A stretch of 64,000 bases of DNA from Paraspadella gotoi (Eukaryota > Animalia > Chaetognatha), in contig CM119265.1 of the NCBI GenBank assembly GCA_051294375.1, positions 27,038,517-27,102,516 on the forward strand. Direction: 5' to 3'. The position numbers were made by a program, and so were the translations under genes. A model generated the notes under the pieces. It searched no databases and was not told the DNA's origin. It worked only from the letters and a program-made list of their open reading frames with translations. This document shows positions 50,323-64,000 of this stretch, piece after piece; position 1 is the first letter of the stretch, and every line of letters begins with the position of its first letter.

Positions 50323-53300
50323 CTACCTGAGAAATGTCAGTGGGGGAAGGATTGTTGGTAAACACAGAAATTTCGTTCCGGTTCGAAGAGGAAAAGTTAA
50401 GTTCTTGCGGTCGCCGCCAATGGGAGACGGGGTAAGGCGTCGAGGGGCGGCCTTAAGAGGGTGGGGCGGGGGTAGATAAATGGGTAAGTGAGGATTGAAG
50501 AAAGAAATATGAAATTCAAAAAAAGGCCGGAGTTTTGACCGAAAAGCGATTAGGGGCCGCTTGAAACTTGACAGTGATAAATCGAGGGTAGGGAAGGAAG
50601 ACAAAAAAAAGCCTGTATTTCGTCATTAGTATAGTATTGAGTTAAATAAAACGCATCTGTACGTAAAAGAAACACGCGTAAAAAGTATGTATAGACGGAA
50701 TTTAAGAAAAAACAGTCGGCGTGAGCGATCGCTAATTCATTGACAGGAAAAAAAGAGTGTGACCCAAGCGGCCAAGCCCCAAGCCTCGGCCGGGAAAAGC
50801 TACAGCTATAGAGAACAGTTCAAGTTAAATGTGCGCGAGAGAGAGAGAGAGACTTTATAATTTTCATATAAATTAATATTAAATATTATTAGGTATATAA
50901 ATTCCTTGTTTATGCAAAAGAATCCCCCTAATCTTTTTTGAGTACAAAAACCTATCTTACACGATTTTCTTCTTTTTTTTTAGGTTTTTCATTTCACCTC
51001 GGGACACGCCCACCCGCCAACAAAAGAGCAACCGGATGTAACCAGGGCACAGACTTACTTGACTGCCACTCGAAGAGTTTCAAACCGAAAACTCGACATG
51101 TGACAGTTTTGGGGAAAGTCTCGTAAATCTCCGTCGGGGTTCCGTCTTAAGCGGAGATTCGAGATTCGAAAAAATGGGAAAGTATTTTTTTTAAACGTCG
51201 AGCCTCGGGTTTTTCTTTTTTAATATTAATTTATTCTTAAGTAAATTCCTAGGATATTTATATTAACTTGGTAACAAACACGAGCGCTCGAGAGAAAGAT
51301 AAACTACACATAAATTTAATCCACCGAAAAAAAAAATAAAAAGCGGGAAAAATAATTTCTCATGAGACAACCTAAGACACCAACCGAATAAAAAAATAGA
51401 AACTAGGCATTTCCAAATAAGGACAACAAAAAAAAAAAAAAAAACAAACCAAATTCCATGATTGACGCTTGGATCGCCTGGCAGATGGAACTTACCCGGA
51501 CCAGAGTAGAGGCTCTTGTCACAGGGCGGGAAGGAATCGTCCACAAAGGGAAGTCGATTCTCCCGACAATAGGCGACGATGTTGGACCACAAATCTCGCG
51601 CCTCCAACTCCTCGATCTTACGCAAATCCTGACATGGGAATGAATATCAACACAAAATGTATTATTATTATTATTATTATTACTATTAACTAGATTGAAT
51701 CAAGAAACGGGGAAACCAAAAAGCATCGAAAATTCAAGACCCGACTGAGGTTAATTTCTAGAATTATAGTTTATATTATATTATATTTATTTTTATATTA
51801 ACCTTCATCGATCATCATCGCACCTCAATGTACTGACTCTCCCTCCGCTGCAGCGGACGTCGCGGCGGCAGAGCCGCTTCGCCAGCTTCGTCGCCGGCAG
51901 AGCCACACATCCTGCAGCGACGACGCCCCTTCCGCTCTCCGGCGTTGGTGAAGGTGCAGGTGCGGCATTGCCACCTGGCGGAGGCGTTGAGAGATGCAGA
52001 GGGGGCGGGTCCTGACGAGAGAAGAAAGAGGAAGTCGTTAGAGTGAGTGAGTGAGAGGGAGAAAGAGAGTTTCAGTTCCTTACTTGATTCGTCCACGCCC
52101 TGTTGTCGCTTAATTTGTGGCCGCGGCAAAGGGTGGGCGTTACCTGCGACGCCACTTTGACCGGAAGGGGCGACGAGACGCTGCATTCCGCAGGCGCCGC
52201 ATTTGGATGCCGACGCCGCGTTATCGAGCGTGCAGCGTCGACAGGTCCAAGCCTTGGAGTGAGCGACGAGGGTGATAATTACATTTTTTTAATTTTTCAA
52301 TATTCTCGTAATAATACAAATTTAAAAAATATATATCCTTACCTTTTAAATATAATAGATAATTCAATAATTTAAGAATTACATTTACAATTACATCTTA
52401 AATTTGTAATCACATGATCAATTTTGAAATAATTACATTAGTATAATACACAATTACAAATGCACATAAAAAATTTAATAATTTTTTATTAATTATAAAA
52501 TTAATTTAAAAATTGTAGTCCTATTATGTTTTCTGTACTGAATCAACCATGTTGCATTCGAATAAAACGCTTGTATTATAAAAGTGACTTATAGAATTGC
52601 TCATACTTTGACCCGATCTCCGTCGTCTTTGGAAACGGGCCTTTTAGGCGCGGGCGCGCCGCACGCAGTGCAGAAGGAACTGGCGGTGGCGTTGAGGAGC
52701 GTGCAGGCGCCGCAAGACCAAGAGGGAGTTTTAGCGGCGCCGGCGGTAGGCGCGGTGGAGGAGGCGGCGCCGGTTCCGGATTGAGATTCCGTTTGGTTCT
52801 GAAGACGAAAAAACGGATCGTCGAAAAAACAAGACAACGACCAAACAAAAACAATAACAATAACAAAAGACAACAACAACAAGACGAACCCGATGTTCGT
52901 CGTTGCCGACGACGAAGACGGAATCGTCTTTGGCTTCGAGCGACGAAGATCCGTCCACCTCCATGAGCGAATCGGATCGAGGCTTGGCGATGTAGCGAAC
53001 GCAGTCGTCGCCGCTGGAGTCGGGCAAAATCAGGAGGAAAAGTAGGAGGTAAGTCGTCGTGGAAAAATTAAGTCATTTATGAGGAAAAAAGTAAGTTAAT
53101 AAGGGTTTTCGCGTTGCAAAGATCGTGGGAGCGGAGTGAAAAAGAGATGGGGAATTAAAGTCGTTAAAAGGAATTAATTCCGGATTCATTTAAAGCTGAA
53201 ATCGAGGAAAAAAGTCTGGGTGTTTGAGTAACGAGAGAAAACAAAATGGTCAGATTAATTCCATTTAGTCTTTTTCGGGACGTTTCGGGGAAAATACGGG

Positions 53301-53728
53301 TTAGATCCGATGGGTTAGATCCAATCGGTTAGATCAAATCGATTAGGGGTCGATTCGGGTGAGTTTGATTCTATTCGAGTCATTCCAGTTCAGTTAAGAT
53401 CTTTTCAGATTAGTTAGGGTCAAGTTAGGGTCATTGAGGGTCAGTTCGAACCACCTCTTCATTCGTATCGGTGACTCCGGTTCGTCTTCTGTCAGACGAA
53501 GATTCGACGGCGGTCGGGTCGTTCGAACGGCGGCTGCGGCGGCCGACGACGTAGACGGCATTAAACGTTTCTTCTGCGGCGAAACGTCGGGCGACGTCGC
53601 ATTCGTCGCTGAGGATTCGTCGTCGTTGTCGTCGTTTTTCGTCTTCGGCCGAATTAAGTGGGATTCTTTCGAGTTCTCTCCCTTCTTTCGAGGATCGTCT
53701 GCGACGAGGCGAGGAGAGCGAAGCACGC

Positions 53729-53768
<40 letters not shown>

Positions 53769-56700
53769 TATGTTTTTTATTTCCAGATTTTTTTTTTCGG
53801 GAGGATTTCATAAGGATTTGCGGTCGTTTCTTTTTTATGTCGGTGGAATTAAAGAAGAATTTAAAATTCCAAATGAAAAAAATAAATTTAAAAAAGTTTT
53901 TCTTATGTACCTAATTTTTTTCCCTCTGTATTAGTGTCTACCCGAGAAAAAAAATTGTTAGTTTTAAATTCAACATATTGTGGCAGCAAGACTTAAAAGC
54001 TGCCTCACTGCTGTCCGTCCTCAGCCTCGTCTCAATGGCTGAGCAGGCTAAATCATCTCATTCCATCCGTGCGTCCCGGGTTCAATCCCTGGGTATCCCG
54101 GTTCTGGCTTAAATGTGACGGTGCCGGTATAAACATGCCAGTGACAGGAGGCGGTCACTGAGGGTCCGCAGCCCCTATGCCAGTTGGTGAGATACCCCGC
54201 GCCCCGGGTATCACAGGCTATCCTCCCGTTGCCATAATATTTCATTACAAAACGTTTTTTGTCGACTCGCAGACTTTCCGTAAGAACAGCGTTGGACAAA
54301 CTTTTGATGAGAATTTGAAATTGAATAAAATTTTTCATTCGCGTTTTAATTAATAAAAGTACCCCAAGACTACATTTAAAAATTGAATTAACAAAACGCG
54401 AATGAATTAGTCAAGAACTCAAAATCTCAAATCCACCTTCGGGAGAGACTTCCATATCGACGGGCGAGCGCGGCGCCGAAGCGTGTCGCGGCGTGGTCGG
54501 CGTCTCTTGGACCGGCGTCGTCAGGGGCGTGGACAACGGCGACGCCAGCGGCGAAGAGATGGGCGAGGCGAGCGGCGACGACATGGCGGCGATGACGTCG
54601 GCGGCATCGAAGTTTTCCGGGACGCCGACGGGGACGTTGCAACGACGCGGGGCCTCGCAGAGCGTGCACCGTTCGTTGGGGAGAGGGTTCTCAAGGGTGC
54701 AGCGTCTGAGGAAAAAGGTAAGATAAATAGGTAAGGATAAAGGGAATGATTGTACATAAGGTTTTACAAGTTTAAGTGGGGAGATTTTTTTTTTAAGCCT
54801 TCACGACGCGACGGCTCATGAACGAAAAATAGGGAGAAGAGAAAAGAAAAAAAAAGATAAAAACCCGATCAGAATTATACGTAGGATTCCACGAAAACAA
54901 AAATATAAAAAAGCGAATCAAACTGCAGAATTGGTTTGACAGGGAGAACACGAGGTTAAATTAATTGCCTTCTGCTCGAGCGAATTGAGGGGAAGAATTC
55001 GTAACCTCTTTTCAATTAGCAAATTAGCGCCCGACCGAGCGAAATTCTACTACGTAAACTTTTTAAAATAGAGGAAAAAAAACATTATTTGGTTTTTACT
55101 CTATTTCGTCCTTAATTAATCGAATAAATAAAAGATATAAACGACGAACCGACAGGTCCACACGTCTCGAGGTTTTCTGGCTCGGAGCTCGGAGGACGTC
55201 TCGGGGCGGACGATCTCCTCGGCGTCGAGTTCGGAGGGTAAGGCATTCTGGCCGGACACTGGGAGGTTTCAAAGGGGGAGAGGAGTGATTTGCTTTCTTT
55301 CTTTCTCATTTTTTGGTAGATCGAAACTGGTAAGTATCTTTGCTGAATTCTCTAATTAATTTCCCCAATACGTACACCGTACGTCGTACTGGTCTTTTTT
55401 CTTTGGTGATTTCAAAATTTTGCTTTTAAAATTTCTTTTTTCTTTTTTCTTTTTCCTGTTTCTTGTTTTTTCTTCTTTTTCGATCTTGCTTCTCATCCTC
55501 ATTCTCTCACTGATTGGCTTTCAATTATCGCAGATCTCTCTTTTTCACTCACTCACAGATTAGCTTTCAATTATCACACATCTTTCATCTACATTCCCTC
55601 AACGATTAACATTCAGTTATCACACATCTTTCATAGTCATTCTCTCATCGATTGTCTTACCCTTATCACAGATCACTCATCTTCATTCTCTCACCGATTG
55701 GCTTTCGATTATCACAGCTGTTGACGTTGTCAGCGCTGAAGACTGGCGCTACGGCGGGTGGGTCGGAAGTAGAGGGCGTGACGACGTTCGTCGACGCGAG
55801 AGACGACGTCGAGGCGAATCCGGGCGGCCTGGGTAAAACGGCGCCCTCTGACGAGGCCGTCAAAATATATCAATTAGATGCCGAGTTGACGAAATCGTTA
55901 AGAGCAATGCTGACAAAGCTGACCGGGATATTTGGTGACTATATTCACGTAGAAAACGGAAGATGAATACGAGTCATTTTTTGGTAAATTATAGAAAAGC
56001 GAGGAGAAAGCCATTTTATGAATGAATGAATTTACGGAAAAAAAAGAGCACCAGGGCGACTATACCTATTACTCAAAATAAATAAATGATCTCTAGTCTA
56101 GACAGACCACCGTATTATGACTGCGGTAAAAAAAACAGTTAAAACAAAAGAACTCGACAGGAATGAGACAAAAATGTCCTGGAGAGGCGGTTCTTCAATT
56201 TTTCTTTAAAACAAAAAACCAAAAATAAAATGTCTTTACAAAACAGAATCTGTGATACTTTAATCGCGACGTGTACTTAAGGGAAAATAATGAGCGAAAC
56301 CGAATCCCGCGCCTCGTGTCGTGACGTCACGCACGCGGGATCGCTGCCTCACCTTCGCGCTCATCACCTTTCTCCAGTTTGCCTCACCTTTATCGTCGTC
56401 CCCGCTCGCGACGCCGTTCGACGGCAGCACGCGAATCGTCATCGTCGTTGCTGCGCCGTTGGACGGCGCGGCGATTCCGGCTGCGGCGCCGTTAACGGCG
56501 GCGGCGTCCTCGTAGAGGAAGGTGGGTTTCTTCTTGCGATCGTTTTGGCCGGAAGAAGAAGCGAAGGCGAAGGAGCAGACGGAACAGGTGCGGCGGGAGA
56601 CGCTGGAGTCAGGGTGAGTGAGAGTGAGGAACGTGAAAAAGGGTAAGGAAGGGAAAGAAAATAAAAGGGTAAAAGAGAAGGGAATCATTGAAAAATGGTT

Positions 56701-57110
56701 AAAAAAGTTAATAAATAATAATAATAATAATAAATAATAAACGGGTAAATGAGAAGGGAATGATTGAAAAATGCAATTTAAGTACAGGATTGAATCGATG
56801 AGAATAAAATGAAGTCAATGTGACTGAACGGGAGTGAACGAGAGTGAATGAAAAAGAAGAGAAATTTTGAAACCCGAAAGGAAAGAATCTTTTCACAAGT
56901 TCAAATCGGGCGAAGTAATCTCAAAGTTCTCCATTTTTAACCTAATAACCCTAATAGTCTGTAGCTTTCTATTATGAGCAGATGGCAATGTTATTCCGTC
57001 TATCGCACCTGTTCTTGAACGTGCATCTGCCGCAATTCCAGGACTCGAACTCCGGACTTTCGTCTCTCTCCGATGAGGTTAGAGCCACGGGGCCGTATTC
57101 GTGCACATCG
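47316..57110 (-). CDS. CAPN15: Calpain-15 / small optic lobes (RanBP2 zinc fingers + CysPc + SOH domain); start codon not resolved
   Basis: [40 protein letters not shown] fingers; FVDDSFPP; [13 protein letters not shown] (Cys), RHAYSV (His), LRNPWG (Asn); SFNVVSTRG; HQPRPL-stop. Confidence 0.92.
51059..51145 (-). CDS. Candidate 87-nt frame-preserving cassette exon in calpain-15
   Basis: TTAAG acceptor, A|GTAAGT donor, phase 1-1 like the flanking exons, no stop ([29 protein letters not shown]). Confidence 0.45.
53979..54236 (+). mobile_element. 258-bp solo-LTR-like element with tRNA-type Pol III promoter, copy 2, in a calpain-15 intron
   Basis: TGTGGC...GCCATA ends; 4-bp TSD ATAT (53975-53978, 54237-54240); A-box-like TGGCTGAGCAGG (54036-54047); B-box GGTTCAATCC (54079-54088). 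Confidence 0.8.
54126..54212 (+). ncRNA. Twister-like structured RNA domain within element copy 2
   Basis: GGTA-TAA-ACAT-GC-[CAGTGAC..GTCACTG]-AGG-GTCCGCAGCC-CCT-ATG...ATACC. Confidence 0.5.
55492..55717. repeat. 46-bp-period minisatellite (~5 diverged units) overlapping a calpain-15 splice donor
   Basis: CATTCTCTCAC.GATTGGCTTTC.ATTATCACA-like units start at ~55500, 55546, 55592, 55638 and 55684. Confidence 0.8.
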
Positions 57111-57199
57111 CGGATGAGGTGGTTGATAGAAGCGAAGTAGAAAGGGGGGGGGGGGTTCGAATGAGGGAGGGGGAGTCGCGTCAGTGAGAAAGCGGCCGC

Positions 57200-57287
57200 G
57201 CCCTCAGATCATAGGCCATATGATATCATATGATATCATATCATATCATATCATATCATATCATAGGCCTATCATATGCCCTCAGAT
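57200..57287. repeat. (ATATC)n microsatellite flanked by a 10-bp direct repeat
   Basis: GCCCTCAGAT at 57200-57209 and 57278-57287 brackets the ATATC/ATATG array. Confidence 0.75.
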
Positions 57288-58216
57288 GGGCCGGCGAGGG
57301 ATTCGTTTTATCTATGCATTGTCGTCGTCTTTCTCGACGCTCTCTTCGTTTCTTTTTTTGACCTTTTCGTTTTGATGAGACATCTTTAAAAAAAAACTAA
57401 TTTTAAATAAAATTCCATGTATCGAAAAAACAAAATTCTCTCTATACATAAATATTTATTTTCATTCAATTCGCTGGAAGCCTCAGCGTGCGATTAATAA
57501 AAAAGGAAATAAAAAGAAAAATGTTTCTCGAGTCCAACGGAGAGAAAGTATCGAGGGGGGGGGGGAATAATGGAAAGTGAGAAATGAAAAATACTTTCAA
57601 TTCACCGACCAAGTAAAAAATATTTGAAAAATACGAAAAATTAACTAATATTTATTGTATTTGCGGGAAAATTGTCTCAAGTCGGCTCGAGAAGGAAATA
57701 AAACTCTGCTATGTCTTTTAGATCAAGCTAATTTATTAATAATAAAAAGAAAAAGGAAACACTATTTTTCGTTTATTCAAAACCAAAACAACTACGACGA
57801 ATGAACAACAATAAAAAAAAAACTACGTCATGTTGCAAAAAAACAAACAAAAAAACAAACAAACATAGAAAACAAAAACGATTCGTTTTATGTCTAAGAG
57901 AGACAACTGGCAAAAGAAAAGTTAAATAAAAAAGTAATAAAAAGAAAGGAAAAAGAAAGGAAAAAGAAAGGAAAAAGAAGTTAATCTGAAGCGAGGAAAA
58001 GTAAGAGAGGGAAGAGGGGATAAGAAAGAAAAGAAAAGACACTGTGCTTTTATTGCTCCTTGGAAAAATAATCGTTAGCACGTTTTGTCGGAGTTCCGGG
58101 CGCAAAAAAACAACAACAACAACGAAATTTGATTCCTATTTTCCGCGGGTGGAGGACGAGCGGGTTTTGGAAAAAGGGGGAGAGAGAGCGAGAAGGAGTC
58201 GTTCTCAAGCGGCTCG

Positions 58217-59464
58217 TCAAGTCTCGGCGGCGGCGCCGCGGGACAAAGAGTCCCACTTGTTGTGGAGGTGAAGGGAAGTGTAAGACTTTGCCGGTTCCGG
58301 CGCCGACGCCGCCGTCGCGCGGGCGCTGCGTTGCCCGCCGAGAGAAGGAAACATTTCCTGGGAAAAAAGAAATATTTAAAAATTATTAAACTAAATTAAC
58401 TAAAGAAAAAAAAACAATACTACAGTTGCTTTATTTTTTCCTTCCTTCCTTGTACCTCACTATTGACGTCCAAAGGCGTTCTGGCGTTCCGCGCTCTCCG
58501 CTGCGCCGGCTGTTGCGCCGCTTGCCGCTGCGCTGCTCTCACCGAGGGAGGCACGTATTTCGCGGGGGCGGTGGGGGTTGGCTGTGAAAATGAATGGGTG
58601 GAGTAGTTAAGTTAAGAATAAAATAAATATATAAATAAATAAATACATAAAATAAAATACACGTAAGAATGAAAGAAATTTCGCTTTAGTGACGTAAAAT
58701 CACTAGCAGTTGAATAAGTCTGTCCAGTTCATCAAACAACAAAAGAAGAAACAACAACAACCACCTCACTCTCACCTCTTTCGTCTCCATGACAACCTCC
58801 GTCGTGGCCTTCTCCTCCACAGGCGCCGCCTCGATCTTCTTCCACGGTCCATCGGGACCTCCAACGGCGGCGGCCTCCGCCTCGGCGGCCTCTTCCGCCG
58901 CCTTGGCCGCCTCCTCCTTCTCCGCGACCCGCAAGGCCTGAATCTTGAGTCCCGAATAGTCCTTGTCCGCCTCATCTTCCAACTCGATCCAATCCTCGTT
59001 GGCGCCAGCGACTTCCTCTTTCTTGGCGGCCGTTGGCGCCGGGGACGGGGCGGCCGGCGCCTCGGCAGGGCCGGCGTCCGGCGCCGAAGGAGAAGAGGCC
59101 GTCTTCTCTTTTTTCTTTTTCTGTTTTTTTTTTTTGAAAAGATTAAGGAAGGTGAATTTAAATGCGATAACAAAAATAATGAGATTTCAATAGACTGCAA
59201 TAATATAACTATAATATCTCTATTTTCATATATTAAACTTTTATATTCGTTTTAAAATAAAGTCTAATTTAGTTTAATATAGCAAAACAAGTAATCATGC
59301 AATCATTTATAAGAGGAGATGAGATCAGAGATTACGCCCCTCCTACCCCCCCCCCCTGCCCCAGTTTCCTACTCGCCTCCTTCGCGGGGGCGTCCCCGTT
59401 CGCCGCCAGATTCTTCATCTTTTTCGATTTCTTTTTGTCTTTTTTAGCGAAAAAGTCGTCGAGG

Positions 59465-59502
<38 letters not shown>

Positions 59503-59520
59503 TTCCGCTTCGGTAGACAT
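58217..59520 (-). CDS. CDV3: CDV3 homolog, 4 exons
   Basis: SLDDFFAKKDKKK, DWIELE...DYSGLKIQAL, GPWKK, KYVPP, PLDVNSE|EMFPSL, LHNKWDSL; poly-Thr (ACG)n near the N-terminus. Confidence 0.88.
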
Positions 59521-61361
59521 AGTTGGCTCTATTTTTTTTTATTTTTCGCTAAACAGATTTAAAAGTGTTTTTCTAGTTTTGTTTTTTCGATACTGATGAA
59601 TCTGTAAACCAAGATTTTTTTTTTTTTCTGAATGATCAAAGAAATTTATCATCGGCAACGACTCATCAACGGCATCCATGTGATTTTTGCATGAAATGTA
59701 TTGACAAGGTATATATATATATTTAACGTAGAGGAAGTATTACAATTTTTTTTTATTTTCGTCAGCGGACTGTACACATTGTACATATTGCTGGAATTAG
59801 CGTATGGCATACGTAACCATCCATTAAATTTTTGTTTCAAATACTTAAAAAATTATTATTTTTTTTTTCGTTTTCAATTTAAATTAGCGGAGGGTATTTT
59901 TTAAAAAAAGGAAACCCTCGAATAAAAAAAAATTATTGAAATAAACCAAATATTATTTACAATAAAAAAAAAAAAAAAAAACATAATTAGGAACGAATCT
60001 TTTGATAATATATTTTTTTTTATTCCCTGCTCCTCAGGAACAAGAGAGACTTTAATTCATCCGACGATTTTTTTTTTCTTTCGTTGGTTTAACTTTTTTT
60101 TCCAACGTCCCAACTTTGTCGCCACGAAAACCGATTGTTCACGTGACCTCAGTTGAAGCTGGAAGGAGCACAAGCTTCCGATTTATATTTATAAGACTAA
60201 TTAACCGGATAAAAGGAATTTAAAAAAAAAAAAAACAATTACATGCCTATTCCCCAGGGCATCAACGAAATATAAAAAAATATATATATAATTAAATATA
60301 AGAAAAAAATATATTAATCTCCCACGATCCTAAAAACCTTCGAACGTCCAAACTTATCCATTTTTTTTCTTTTTCAACAATCGTAGTAAATACGGAATAA
60401 ATACTCCTAGCGAAACGACCAGCGAGAGAGAGAGAGAGAGATAGAAAGAACCAACTACGACGGACATAGAAATAATAATATTAATATGACACACCCCACG
60501 GGACTGTACACGATAAAGTTAATGCTGGCCGATTAATTAACAAAAAAATATAAAAAAAAGAAGAAGATAATCGTTTCTCGATTTTGTTACTATAAACTAA
60601 AATCAAGGAACTTCTAGCATAAAAAGATACTTCGACCATTTCTTGTATTTTTGTGGGTTTCCATTTTTAATTAATATAAGAGACAAGAGACAAAAAAAAA
60701 AGCACTAGAAAGAAGCGAATTTTCAACCCCCACTAAATATTCTCCACGACCCTTACCGGCTTTTCTTTTTTTTTTTTTATACGAGAAAGTTCTTCACGAA
60801 ATCGTAAGGGTCGGGAGGGAGAGAGAGGACGCGAGGAAGGGGGGGAGTTCTAAAAAATATCGCGTCGACGTCAAATCTCTTCGCGATTAAAAAAGCGCCG
60901 CGGGACGGGCCGGGGGTGGGGAAGGAAGGGGAGTGAGAAAGGGAAGGAGGGGAAAAGGGCGGGGATAAGTGTGTGACGGGATCGGGGAAGAGGGTGTGAG
61001 AGTCGGGATGGCGAGGGCGATGGGGAGAGGGGAGAGGAGGGGGGGCCGAAAAGAGCGCATAGTAAGCGAGGCCACCCTCGCCAAGATGATGTCCAAGATT
61101 AACTAAACATGCAAAGCGCGACTGGAGGAGATTGTGGGGTCAGGGGAGAGGGAGGGAGAGGTGGGGAGGGATGGGGACGCGCGGCGTCAAAAGTGAAGAA
61201 AAACGGGGATCTCGCACCGAAAAATATTCTGAGCGACGAGAAAGTATTTCGAGTTCCATCCGAAGTTATTTCTGTGGATGCAACCGGAAAAAGTTTTCGG
61301 CGGGCGATGGAAAATTAATAGAGAGATAGAGGGCGAGAGAGAGAGAGAGCGAGTGGCGTCT

Positions 61362-63649
<2,288 letters not shown>

Positions 63650-63689
63650 TCACGGAAGGGAAGCCGAATTTTTACTGTCTGTCCGTGTA

Positions 63690-63729
<40 letters not shown>

Positions 63730-64000
63730 GCACACAATAATAAAATCGACGTCTGGCCATTCAAGAGAAAGAGCCTCAAAATCCTCATCCTTTCGATTGA
63801 TTTTCGATCGATTTTCATCTTCGCTTCTTGTCGTTTACTTTCATGAATGGAAACACGTGTTCAATGTTTACCGTCAATTGCAATGTTTGCCATATTTTCA
63901 ATATTTGCCCTCCAATAATTCAACGAATTTGACAAAAGGGCCACGACAATGACACTATACATAGTAGGCCGGAACAGGTTGAAAACTAGAAGTTCTCTCA

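Noticed and set aside
55492-55717. CRISPR-like array
   Set aside because: Contiguous diverged tandem units without unique spacers, in a eukaryotic intron.
57030-57100. tRNA-like look on the minus strand (GGCCCCGTGGCTC...GTTCGAGTCC)
   Set aside because: No 3' acceptor strand or proper anticodon arm, and it lies in the frame encoding calpain's first zinc finger.

Overview
Gene-dense genomic DNA from an animal (probably an invertebrate with a compact genome; GC-rich exons, short AT-rich introns, many (GA)n tracts). I read 19 protein-coding genes, mostly spliced: HSPA9 (partial), FTCD, a C2H2 zinc-finger gene, a Rab6-like GTPase, and then 15 consecutive minus-strand genes (DHRS12, MTFMT, TMEM38, ankyrin-MYND, LIN7, C3orf38-like, ankyrin-WGR-PARP, ARL16, CUL3, ZIP8/14-type SLC39A, SLC17-type MFS, Amun-like, calpain-15/SOL, CDV3, WWP/ITCH-type HECT E3, partial). 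Short spacing and unpaired 3' splice sites before many start codons suggest operons resolved by trans-splicing. The main non-coding observation is two diverged 258-bp intronic elements (39156-39413, 53979-54236). Each has TGTGGC...GCCATA ends, its own 4-bp target-site duplication, a tRNA-type Pol III A/B-box and a structured RNA domain with several compensatory base changes that resembles a twister ribozyme. Also present: a Penelope-type hammerhead palindrome in a 3' UTR, a ~325-bp dispersed intronic satellite, a candidate membrane-anchoring alternative first exon for the CUL3 C-terminus, and an apparent excess of AAG/GAG splice acceptors. All gene models were assembled by hand from ORF fragments and splice motifs; no searches or folding programs were run.
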